Origin: a virus
Taxonomy: Duplodnaviria; Heunggongvirae; Uroviricota; Caudoviricetes
IMG/VR virus record: IMGVR_UViG_2563366956_000015
Span: 1 to 35,129 of that record
Strand: one strand, 5' to 3'
DNA length: 35,129 bases
The notes beneath the pieces were generated by a model. That model was given only the letters and a program-made list of their open reading frames with translations. It made no database searches and was not told the DNA's origin. This document shows, piece by piece, positions 27,115 to 35,129 of the stretch (positions are counted from its first letter, which is position 1; each line of letters opens with the position of its first letter). The position numbers and the translations under genes are program-made.

Positions 27115-27573
27115 TCAGAATGCCGCTATCGCCATTTTGTCTTTAAGCGTGTTCAGTAAATCACCTGCAGAAGCAGACTGAAGCCTCTCCCGCATATCCT
27201 CATCACACCGCTGAAAGCTGATGGAGAACTCAATCTTTTTTGCCTTCCCGTAGCGATCCAGTTCGGAGCGGGTGGTCTGTAATCCCGTAATCACGTACAT
27301 TCCGTAAATCTGCCCCGTACCATCAATCAGCGGCCAGGGACATCCGGTGTAGGCCTGGGTGTTCAGCAGTGTCAGCGACACCTCACCGCCGGTAATTTCC
27401 GGGTACAGCAGACCGGACAGCGTGATCTGGTCGTCACCTGCGCCAATATACTGCCAGGCCGCAGAACGGTTGATTCGCTCATTTTTCACATGCCGCCACG
27501 TTTTGTTTTGTTGAATCTGTTGATGCGGCAGCGTTTTCAGTTCAAACACAAACATGCCAAAAATCATCATCAT
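27115..27573 (-). CDS. U: tail protein U (P2 gpU-like)
   Basis: MMMIFGMFVFELKTLPHQQIQQNKTWRHV resembles the P2 U N-terminus as recalled; follows T on the same strand. Confidence 0.8.
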   Translation of the reverse strand: MMMIFGMFVFELKTLPHQQIQQNKTWRHVKNERINRSAAWQYIGAGDDQITLSGLLYPEITGGEVSLTLLNTQAYTGCPWPLIDGTGQIYGMYVITGLQTTRSELDRYGKAKKIEFSISFQRCDEDMRERLQSASAGDLLNTLKDKMAIAAF

Positions 27574-27586
27574 AATTGCGTCTCCT

Positions 27587-30500
27587 TTAGTCCCTGTCAC
27601 GGAAGCTGTTCATGCCTGTACGCACCTGTCTGCGCATCTCTTCGCGGACAGCCTCGCCAACCAGTTTTGCCAGTTCACGCGGATTCTGCGTGTTGACGTT
27701 GTGCAGATGCACGTGTATCTCACCGGAAAATACCGCAGCCTGCGTTTGTGGCGCGGTTTCTTTTTTGACGGACTCCGGTCGCAGCGGTGGACGGATAACC
27801 TCCGCAACAGGAACAGATAAAGCCACATCTCCACCCGGACTGTTCACAGCCTCACGCACACGCTGAATACCGGCAACCAGCTCTGTATTTGCCTCGTTGT
27901 GCTGCGGCAGCGTGGACACCTGACGGGCCACGCTCACCACTGGCGCAGGAACATTCACTGCTGGCATCAGAACGTTCACCACAGGTGGAGGCGATACCGT
28001 CTCTCCACCCGGACTGTTCACCGCCTCATGCACACGCTGAATACCGGCAACCAGTTCTGTATTTGCCTCGTTGTGCTGCGGCAGCGTGGATACCTGACGC
28101 GCCACACTCACCACTGGCGCAGGAATATTCACGACCGGAACGGGTGAAGCAGTCTGTCTTCCGGTGAGTTTCTGCCAGAGCGTTGTCAGCGCATCCGCCA
28201 GTCCTCCGCCCGCCGATACCGCCTGCACTGTCCGGATAACCTGCGGTGCTTTCCACTCGCCGTGAATGATTTCGGGTCCGGGCAGGTTTTTGAAAACAAT
28301 ATCGCCGGGACCAGTACGTTTTTTGGTTTCCTCAAGCAGCCCGCCGGTGTTGCTGGCGGTTTTCTGTATCCCCTGCCGGAACCATGCCTCATCCAGCGGG
28401 GATTTACTACCGGGTTTGCCGACCGGATTGTCTGACGTTCCCTTCACCTCTCCGGGAACCGCAGGGGCAGGTATTGCGGGTTTATTGTCACCGTTGTTTT
28501 CCGCTGCATCTGATGACCACGACCATGTTTTCTGCACCATTTTTTTCTGTGCAGGATCCCACTCCCACGCAACCGGCGCTTTTTGTGTGGCCTGTTTTGC
28601 GGCGCTCTCCTGGAGTTTTTGCGTCTCCTTCTGCGCTTCCCTGATGCCATCCGGGATAACACCCAGCCACTTCAGCACTGTGCCGAGGCCATCAAGAAGC
28701 AGTGTCAGCGGCCCCAGCACAATGTTCTGAATGACCCACCCCAGCGTTTTCCCGAACGACTCCCCGGCGCTGGTGCATTTGTCGAGTGTCTCTTTTGAGG
28801 CGTTTGCAGGTTCAAGCAGGCGGGTGAACCATTCCCACACGGCTTTGATGCCATCGCCAATCAGCCCGAACACCGGAGCCAGCGACGCAAAGGCTTCCCG
28901 CAGCGGTTGCAGCGCCTCCCACACTCCGGCAAAAAAGCCGGAAAAAAACGCACTGATCTGATCCCAGTATTTCCACACCAGAACCGCGCCGCCCACCAGG
29001 GCGGCAACAATCAGCCCGACCGGGCTGAACAGCGCCCCCAGTGCACCACCCAGTACCGACACCGCCCCCGTGACCAGCCCCCACAGCGCAGGCAGCCCCG
29101 TCAGGCGCAGTGCCATCGCAGACACAAGCCGGACAGCACCACCAATGCCGCCGCCCCCCGTCAGCAGCCCCAGCCCCAGTTGCAGTTTTGCCAGCGGCCC
29201 CGCAATCAGCCCGAGCGTCAGTGACAGCGCACCGAACGTGGAAGACAGCGCCAGAACACTCCCGCCCGCCAGTACCAGCACCCTGACCAGCGCCTGATGC
29301 TCTCCGACCCATTCGCGCATCCGGGTCACCCACGCGCTCACCGTCTGAACCAGCCCGCGCAAATCCTCGGTCACAGTACCGAAGATGTCCGTGCGTAGCC
29401 CTGAGAACGCACCACTCAGCGCCTGAATATCGCCGGAGAGATTACCGCGCAGCGTCTGCCCCATGCGGTCTGCCACGCCGGTGACATCGCCCAGATTGTC
29501 ACGAACATCAGCCAGCGCCCTCAGGAACTGCGGGATCTGGTCAACGGAAAGGTCTTCAACGGGGGTGCCGAATAACGCAATGGCCGTGTTCGCCCGCTCT
29601 GCCGGGTCACGGATGGCCAGCAGTGCACGGGCGGTCACCTGCATCGCCTGGCGTGCGGTACTGCCCCCCTGAGCAATGGCAGCAGACACCCGTTCGGCAT
29701 TCAGGCCGAGTGTCTCATACGCTGAAACACTGGATTTCGACATATCCGAACCACGGATACTGAACTCCTTCACGGCATCGCCGGTTTTGTCCAGCGCAAA
29801 CTTGCCCTGCTTTGCCATCTCAACCAGCAGACTCATTGTCTCGCTGCCGGTGAAGCCCATGTTGCGGAAGTGGGTGGAATACTCATGCAGAATTTCCGGC
29901 AGTTCATCGCGCATTTCAGCGGACATGCGCTGCATCCCTGCCGTCATCAGGTTAGTAGCCTCGTCACTGCTGGCGGCCAGCCCGTTCTTCATCATGATGG
30001 CAGCGGCCTGAATGCTCTGCGGCACATCAACACCAAAGACGGTCCGCATATCCAGCGCACGACGGCTGATGCGCTCCAGTTCCCGGTCGCCGGTGTCGCC
30101 CAGCGCGCCGAGCGTACTGCGTACCGCACTCACAGCCTCCGCAGCACCGGCAAAATCAGCGAGACCGTCAGCCTGTATGTTACGGATGATGTGGGTGTAA
30201 CGTGCGCCATCCTGTGGGGCTTCCCCTGAACCGGCAGCAATGACCGCGCCGTGCTGTTCGGACTCCATCGCCGGAACCATCATGCGCTGCGCCGCATACA
30301 GGCCGCCTGTACCCGCCGCCATCGCCACAGCCCCTGTGTTGCGCAGTTTTTCCGCCTGTGCCTTCGCGGCCTCATAGCGGCTCTGTGCCTGCGTCACGCG
30401 AGCCAGTGCCTGCCGTTCGCGCTCGAGCTGCTCGTTGTACTGCTGTGTACGGCGAACGGCACTTTCGATGGTGCGGCTGCTGCCGGAAAGCAGAATGCCG

Positions 30501-30907
30501 TGTTTGCGCATTTCGCCTGCCGCCGCCTGGAGTTTTTCGCGCTCGCGCGTGCGCAGCTCGTTCAGGCGCTCAAGACGTGCAGACAGCGCCGTCATCATCT
30601 CCCGCTGCTTTTTGGAGAGAGTGTTACCGTCCTGCTCTGCCTTTCGCAGCCCGGCGAGCCTCTGCTCCGCGCGGGCAATCTGTTCGCGGTATTTACTGAG
30701 ATTTCCGGCGGCACGATCGAACACCTTCGACTGTCTGTCGAGCGCCTGTATGTTGTTCTGCGTCTTCTGAAGGGATTCAGTGAGAGCGCCCACCTGACGG
30801 CGGGCGTTTTCGGTCGGGCGTGTCAGCCGGTCAATTGCGCCAAAGCTGACACGAATATCAAGGGATTTCACTGTTGCGGACTCCGCTACGTTGCGCCGCC
30901 CGCTCAC
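27587..30907 (-). CDS. T: tail tape measure protein (P2 gpT-like), 1106 aa with an internal tandem repeat
   Basis: Long coiled-coil-rich N-terminal region, Gly/Ala-rich TM-like central region; position between E and U. Confidence 0.9.
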   Translation of the reverse strand: MSGRRNVAESATVKSLDIRVSFGAIDRLTRPTENARRQVGALTESLQKTQNNIQALDRQSKVFDRAAGNLSKYREQIARAEQRLAGLRKAEQDGNTLSKKQREMMTALSARLERLNELRTREREKLQAAAGEMRKHGILLSGSSRTIESAVRRTQQYNEQLERERQALARVTQAQSRYEAAKAQAEKLRNTGAVAMAAGTGGLYAAQRMMVPAMESEQHGAVIAAGSGEAPQDGARYTHIIRNIQADGLADFAGAAEAVSAVRSTLGALGDTGDRELERISRRALDMRTVFGVDVPQSIQAAAIMMKNGLAASSDEATNLMTAGMQRMSAEMRDELPEILHEYSTHFRNMGFTGSETMSLLVEMAKQGKFALDKTGDAVKEFSIRGSDMSKSSVSAYETLGLNAERVSAAIAQGGSTARQAMQVTARALLAIRDPAERANTAIALFGTPVEDLSVDQIPQFLRALADVRDNLGDVTGVADRMGQTLRGNLSGDIQALSGAFSGLRTDIFGTVTEDLRGLVQTVSAWVTRMREWVGEHQALVRVLVLAGGSVLALSSTFGALSLTLGLIAGPLAKLQLGLGLLTGGGGIGGAVRLVSAMALRLTGLPALWGLVTGAVSVLGGALGALFSPVGLIVAALVGGAVLVWKYWDQISAFFSGFFAGVWEALQPLREAFASLAPVFGLIGDGIKAVWEWFTRLLEPANASKETLDKCTSAGESFGKTLGWVIQNIVLGPLTLLLDGLGTVLKWLGVIPDGIREAQKETQKLQESAAKQATQKAPVAWEWDPAQKKMVQKTWSWSSDAAENNGDNKPAIPAPAVPGEVKGTSDNPVGKPGSKSPLDEAWFRQGIQKTASNTGGLLEETKKRTGPGDIVFKNLPGPEIIHGEWKAPQVIRTVQAVSAGGGLADALTTLWQKLTGRQTASPVPVVNIPAPVVSVARQVSTLPQHNEANTELVAGIQRVHEAVNSPGGETVSPPPVVNVLMPAVNVPAPVVSVARQVSTLPQHNEANTELVAGIQRVREAVNSPGGDVALSVPVAEVIRPPLRPESVKKETAPQTQAAVFSGEIHVHLHNVNTQNPRELAKLVGEAVREEMRRQVRTGMNSFRDRD
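27845..28190. repeat. two tandem copies of a repeat of about 174 bp inside the tape measure gene
   Basis: Near-identical DNA blocks encode the repeated peptide ...APVVSVARQVSTLPQHNEANTELVAGIQRV(H/R)EAVNSPGG...; also visible as repeated peptides in the plus-strand shadow ORF 27889..28167. Confidence 0.7.
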
Positions 30908-31438
30908 GCCAGCTCATCACCTCGACGAGAGGCATTGAGAATATCTCGCCGGGCGACCAGTTAAACACGACTGCTATATCAGCGACCAGTTCTTCAACGT
31001 TGTCGAACTTCGCCAGCGTGATTACGCTTCCATCACCGCCACGGACGGTTTCGCAGACTCCGTGGGAGCAAAAAAATTCGCAGCCATAGTCGCCAGCGCC
31101 ACGAAATCACCGGTGGACAGTGACTGAATTTCTGCCAGTTTCAGGCGTGGTGCGGTCACGCGCGAAAGCAGCGTCATCATCGGGTCCGTTTTGAGGTTCA
31201 GCACCTCAATCAGAGACAGCCCGCGCAGTGAACCTGCCTGACGGATTTCCTCGCCAATCTCCACGTAGTCAATAACGCGTTCGCCACGCACCACCGGGCA
31301 GGATAACTTCACCCCCGTTTTTTCCTCTGCGGCTTCTGCGTTATCTACGGTGTTTTCCTCTGCCACATCGATGTTTTCAGTGGTGGTGTCACCTGCGACG
31401 ATTTCGCTGTTCATGATGTCATCTTTCTTTGCTGCCAT
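30858..31438 (-). CDS. predicted E+E' product from a programmed -1 frameshift at a T7G slippery run
   Basis: Minus-strand GAATTTTTTTGC near 31068-31079; the -1 frame continues as ...DGSVITLAKFDNVEELVADIAVVFNWSPGEIFSMPLVEVMSWRERAA... to a stop at 30858-30860, overlapping the T start. Confidence 0.5.
31022..31438 (-). CDS. E: tail assembly chaperone E (P2 gpE-like)
   Basis: GGAG RBS; acidic N-terminus; sits between FII and T. Confidence 0.75.
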   Translation of the reverse strand: MAAKKDDIMNSEIVAGDTTTENIDVAEENTVDNAEAAEEKTGVKLSCPVVRGERVIDYVEIGEEIRQAGSLRGLSLIEVLNLKTDPMMTLLSRVTAPRLKLAEIQSLSTGDFVALATMAANFFAPTESAKPSVAVMEA

Positions 31439-31483
31439 TTTCTTTCTCCTGTGGCGGCACGGCGTGCCGCCCTGTTAATACTG

Positions 31484-31999
31484 TCAGTTCAGGCCAAGTG
31501 CCGAACTCACGCGGTCGCCAAAGACGTTCTGGCCGTCTTTTTTGTAGATGAAGTTCAGCAGGTCGATTTCTGTCACATCGCTGTCATCCACCGACTCCTT
31601 GTAGTAGGTGTTTTTGACGGCGAAGGTGTACTGCGTGGTGTCGCCCTGTTTGGTTTCGCCACGGTCGATTTCCGTGATGCGTCCGCGCATTTCCACCTCA
31701 AGGATCTGACTTTCCTCACCATCGGTGAACAGCTCACCCACAAAGCGCAGCGCCACTTCGTTAATGTCAGTGGCGTATTCCTGGAGCAGCTCTTTTTCAA
31801 CCCCACCGGTGGTGAACGAGGCATCCAGTGCGCCGTCATCCAGTCCGAGGTCAATATGCACCGCACCCAGCATCCCGCCGCCGCGATAGGCTTCGGTTTT
31901 TCGGGTCAGTTTGGGCAGACTGACGCCTGTCACTGTGCCGATTTTGTTTTTGCCGTTCACAAACAGCGTGAACTGGCGAACGTAACGTGGTACAGCCAT
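31484..31999 (-). CDS. FII: tail tube protein (P2 gpFII-like)
   Basis: 171 aa; follows the sheath gene. Confidence 0.85.
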   Translation of the reverse strand: MAVPRYVRQFTLFVNGKNKIGTVTGVSLPKLTRKTEAYRGGGMLGAVHIDLGLDDGALDASFTTGGVEKELLQEYATDINEVALRFVGELFTDGEESQILEVEMRGRITEIDRGETKQGDTTQYTFAVKNTYYKESVDDSDVTEIDLLNFIYKKDGQNVFGDRVSSALGLN

Positions 32000-33184
32000 T
32001 TACGCACCTCCCAGCGTTGCAAAAGCGGAGTCGAAATACTCATCCGTGAACGTCTGGTACAGCGTCAGGTCTTCCATCGGCGGCACTGGCGTGTACTTAT
32101 AACGGATGCGCACGCGCCCCTGACGTAAATCCGTCGTGCCGTTGTCCAGCACGTCATACCAGCACTCCGCACCGATGAGTTTTCCGGCGGTGACCAGGGC
32201 ATTGAGTTTTGCGCGGATGGCGCTAATCACGTCCTTCACGTTCGCCGGGGTCAGCGGTTCGTCAATGGTTTCGAACTGCGCTTCGGCGATGGTATCTGCC
32301 AGAATCTGCGCTGTGCGCGTGTACACCTCAAAGATGTAGTCGCTGGTTTCGGCAGTACGGTTCCCCCAGAAGCGGAAGCCGTTACGGCGAATAATCGTGG
32401 TGATTTCCTTGTTGTTCAGGTTATTCGCATCACTGTCTTCGGCCTGCAACGACCAGAACACCTGCTGCGACATACCGAGCACATTTTTCAGCGCCACGTT
32501 GGACAGTGACTTGTGCCAGCCCTGTTCACTGTCAATCCGCGCACGCAGCCCGCACGCATACGCTGCCGCCGGGAATACCTCATTCTCACCGCTCACGGGG
32601 TTGTAAGCGATGAAGTCGGGCCACAGCAGCATCAGCTCACGCGCGGAGAACTTCGCGCGGTAAGTGATTGCCTTCGCCATCGTGTCGCATCCGTTACATC
32701 CGGCATACACAAAGGCGCGGAGCTTGTCCGCAATGACGCACAGGGCGGATGTGACTGCTTCGGTATCAAGGCCGGGAGCCGCCAGAATACGCGGGCGGTA
32801 ACCAATGCTCTCGTCCTGTTCGGCAACCAGCAGGGCATACATGCCCGTATAGCTGCCGTCATCCTGTGAGCCACCGATGACAAGCTGGTCCTGTGTTTTT
32901 TCGCCCTCTTCTTCGGCTTCTGCCACACGCACCACGATGACCTTCGGGCTGGTCTGGTCGGAAATCGCCTTGAGCGTTTTGTACAGCGTGCCTGTTGTGC
33001 CTGCCTTACCCAGCACATTCGCCACGCGGGTGATCAATACGGGCTTGTTTAACGGGAACGCGTCGCTGTCTGCATCGTCCGCCGTGGCCACGATACCGAT
33101 GACACTGGAATCAATGTCATTAATCGCGGTCACGAGGTCGGTGTTTTCTTTGACGCGTGCACCGTGAAAGCGTGTTTCACTCAT
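32000..33184 (-). CDS. FI: contractile tail sheath protein (P2 gpFI-like)
   Basis: ORF trimmed to the internal ATG (MSETRFHGARVKEN...); about 394 aa. Confidence 0.85.
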   Translation of the reverse strand: MSETRFHGARVKENTDLVTAINDIDSSVIGIVATADDADSDAFPLNKPVLITRVANVLGKAGTTGTLYKTLKAISDQTSPKVIVVRVAEAEEEGEKTQDQLVIGGSQDDGSYTGMYALLVAEQDESIGYRPRILAAPGLDTEAVTSALCVIADKLRAFVYAGCNGCDTMAKAITYRAKFSARELMLLWPDFIAYNPVSGENEVFPAAAYACGLRARIDSEQGWHKSLSNVALKNVLGMSQQVFWSLQAEDSDANNLNNKEITTIIRRNGFRFWGNRTAETSDYIFEVYTRTAQILADTIAEAQFETIDEPLTPANVKDVISAIRAKLNALVTAGKLIGAECWYDVLDNGTTDLRQGRVRIRYKYTPVPPMEDLTLYQTFTDEYFDSAFATLGGA

Positions 33185-33250
33185 GAGCACCTCCTGGTGT
33201 TTTGTGTGGCGACATCCTCCCGAAAAACAGCCCCGCATTCACGCGCTGCC

Positions 33251-33274
33251 TGTTCTCGCCGCTCTCCGACAACA
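33251..33274 (+). promoter_or_regulatory. late-promoter activator-site-like dyad in the FI/D divergent region
   Basis: TGTTCTCGCCGCTCTCCGACAACA, nearly identical to the motif at 14837-14860. Confidence 0.45.
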
Positions 33275-33346
33275 TACGCAGGATTACAGCGTCTCCGTGC
33301 GCGTGGGAGTATTTCGCCGTACGAAGACACAGACGGAGAAATTGCG

Positions 33347-34462
33347 ATGAACCCTGCGGACGTAAGCGGATACCTGAACGGTCTGTCAGAGTGCGTGAAG
33401 ATCCCTGATTTTTCCATCACGGTTAAGGGCACGGAAAACGCGGCGCTGACCCGACGGGTCATCTCGCTGGCGATGACCGACAACCGGGGATTTGAGGCGG
33501 ACCAGTTAACCCTCACGATTGACGACTGCGACGGCGGTGTGCAACTCCCGAAGCGCGGACAGACGCTGGGTCTGGCGCTGGGCTGGAAAGGTGAGGCGCT
33601 GACAGACAAGGGAACCTTCATCGTTGACGAGGTGACACATGAGGGACCACCGGACAGGCTCACCATCACGGCCAGCAGCGCAGACTTCCGGCAGGAGTTC
33701 AACGTGAAGCGTGAAGTGTCCTGGCATGACGTGACGGTGGGACAGGTTGTTTCTGCCATCGCGTACCGCTACGGACTGAAGGCACAAATCAGCGCCTCGC
33801 TGGCAGAGGTGGAAATCGACCACGCCGACCAGACGGAGGAAAGTGACATCTCGTTTCTCACGCGCATGGCGGACATGCTGGGAGCCATCGCCACCGTCAA
33901 AAACGGCGCCCTGCTTTTCATCGTGCCCGGACAGGGGGTGAGCGCCAGCGGAAAGCCGCTGCCCTCATTCGCCATCACCCGCAGCAGCGGCGACAGCCAT
34001 CACTTCCGCATTGCAGACCGGCAGGCGTACACGGGGGTACGCGCTTACTGGCTGGACCTGGACTATGGCAAAAAGAAAAAAGTCAGCGTGACAAAACGTG
34101 GTTCTGCCCAAAAAACAAAAAAGGAGAAAAGCAGCAGCCGCGAGGGGGATTACATGGAGGGCGCAGACGGCAATGTGTACGTCATGCGTAAAACCTTCAA
34201 AAACGAGGAGGCCGCACGCCGTGCAGCGGCGGCAAAATGGCAGCAGCTACAGCGCGGCGCGGCTGAGTTCTCCATCACGCTGGCACGCGGTCGCCCCGAC
34301 CTGTACCCCGAAATGCGCGGCACGGTATCCGGTTTCAAGAGTGACATCGACGCGGAGGACTGGGTACTGGCGAAGGTGGAGCACAACATCGACGACAGCG
34401 GCTTCACCACGCGGCTTGAGCTGGAATTAAAAATTCCTGAATGGATAGCGAAACAGGAATAA
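33347..34462 (+). CDS. D: tail protein D (P2 gpD-like, late control/tail gene)
   Basis: ORF trimmed to the ATG at 33347 (MNPADVSGYLNG...); 371 aa; precedes ogr. Confidence 0.85.
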   Translation: MNPADVSGYLNGLSECVKIPDFSITVKGTENAALTRRVISLAMTDNRGFEADQLTLTIDDCDGGVQLPKRGQTLGLALGWKGEALTDKGTFIVDEVTHEGPPDRLTITASSADFRQEFNVKREVSWHDVTVGQVVSAIAYRYGLKAQISASLAEVEIDHADQTEESDISFLTRMADMLGAIATVKNGALLFIVPGQGVSASGKPLPSFAITRSSGDSHHFRIADRQAYTGVRAYWLDLDYGKKKKVSVTKRGSAQKTKKEKSSSREGDYMEGADGNVYVMRKTFKNEEAARRAAAAKWQQLQRGAAEFSITLARGRPDLYPEMRGTVSGFKSDIDAEDWVLAKVEHNIDDSGFTTRLELELKIPEWIAKQE

Positions 34463-34513
34463 CAGGAATAAAATCACGGCGATTCACCTTCATGAAAAAA
34501 GGAGGTCTCCGTC

Positions 34514-34771
34514 ATGTCTTTTCCGTGTCCTTTTTGTGGTGCTAGCACGCGCACCCGCACAAGCCGCGCCGCGAATGATTCGCGAACTGTCCGGCAGAAA
34601 CTCTACCAGTGCAACAACCCCGAATGCAGTCTCTCCTTCTCGACGCTGGAGAGCTTCGAAAAACTCACCGTAAAGCGCAGCGGTGGTACTTCACCGGATA
34701 TTCCGTGGCAGAGCCTGCCAGCGTCACACCGTGGTGATGCGCAGATGTCGCTGCCACTTCCGGCAATGTGA
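34514..34771 (+). CDS. ogr: Ogr/Delta-family zinc-finger late gene activator
   Basis: CPFCGASTRTRTSR...YQCNNPECSLSF Cys4 pattern typical of Ogr; GGAGG RBS; terminal position as in P2. Confidence 0.85.
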   Translation: MSFPCPFCGASTRTRTSRAANDSRTVRQKLYQCNNPECSLSFSTLESFEKLTVKRSGGTSPDIPWQSLPASHRGDAQMSLPLPAM

Positions 34772-34888
34772 TCGCCTGTATCTGTTTTTTGACTCTGGAA
34801 TTTTATTTGGAGAATTTACTCAGGAAACGGTAAATTACGCGCGGGTGCCTTTCGGCTGATGGTCGGAGGGAAAACCTGAAGGCCGGAT

Positions 34889-35122
34889 GTGGAAAGGCCC
34901 CGGAAAACATTTCTGTTTAACCGAGGCCCTGACCATCTAACCTTAGCAAGTGATAGGTTAGCGCCTCCCCGAAAAAGGAGCAAGCGCTATGTCGCAAAAA
35001 TCGCTTACGGCCATCACGTTCTGCGTGACGGCAATCCTCATCATCTGGATGCTGCACGGTTCGCTGTGCGAAATACGGATGAGCTTCTGGGGAGCGGAGT
35101 TTGCGGCGTTCTTACAGTGTAA
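34889..35122 (+). CDS. mok-like overlapping reading frame of the hok locus (putative)
   Basis: 77-aa ORF overlapping the hok-like gene in a different frame, as in hok/mok/sok loci; likely GTG start. Confidence 0.3.
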   Translation: MERPRKTFLFNRGPDHLTLASDRLAPPRKRSKRYVAKIAYGHHVLRDGNPHHLDAARFAVRNTDELLGSGVCGVLTV

Positions 35123-35129
35123 GCAGTAA
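34989..35129 (+). CDS. hok: Hok/Gef-family type I toxin (46 aa)
   Basis: AAGGAG RBS 9 nt upstream of the ATG; MSQKSLTAITFCVTAILIIWMLHGSLCEIR...EFAAF has the hydrophobic TM segment and SLCEIR motif of Hok/Gef peptides. Too short for the ORF track. Confidence 0.7.
   Translation: MSQKSLTAITFCVTAILIIWMLHGSLCEIRMSFWGAEFAAFLQCKQ

Noticed and set aside
31451-32128. 225-aa plus-strand ORF overlapping the FII and FI tail genes
   Set aside because: Antisense to conserved tube and sheath genes; no independent support.
1-35129. CRISPR array, tRNA or rRNA genes, insertion sequences or transposase genes
   Set aside because: No spaced direct-repeat arrays, no recognisable tRNA cloverleaf or rRNA, and no transposase-like ORF or terminal inverted repeats were seen; the only recombinase is the phage integrase.

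Overview
This window is an almost complete P2-like (Peduovirus-type) temperate prophage, read from the integrase end to the ogr end. All calls rest on reading the ORF translations and DNA by eye against remembered P2 family sequences; no database search was run. Left to right: a minus-strand terminator, an AT-rich integrase-adjacent cargo gene, tyrosine integrase, C repressor, a palindromic operator, cox and a run of small early genes, then the rolling-circle replication initiator A. Between A and the cos region sits a six-gene accessory island whose first two genes look like a ParM/ParR type II partition module preceded by two palindromic sites; a small secreted Cys-rich peptide, a ClpX-type zinc-finger protein, an unknown protein and an Ea22-like protein follow. 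After cos come the P2 late genes in canonical order (Q, P divergent from O, N, M, L, X, holin, SAR-type endolysin, spanins, R, S, V, W, J, I, H). The tail fibre H has an AT-rich replaced C-terminus followed by two small non-canonical genes. The Z/fun position holds a decayed island with a U-like fragment, a frameshifted tail-fibre-assembly remnant and three stacked terminators. The FI-FII-E(E')-T-U tail block lies on the minus strand, inverted relative to P2, while D and ogr stay on the plus strand. A hok/mok-like type I toxin locus ends the window. I could not identify the att core repeats. The most likely candidates for an undescribed function are the A-cos island (ParMR-like module plus four cargo genes), the integrase-adjacent gene and the Z/fun-position island.
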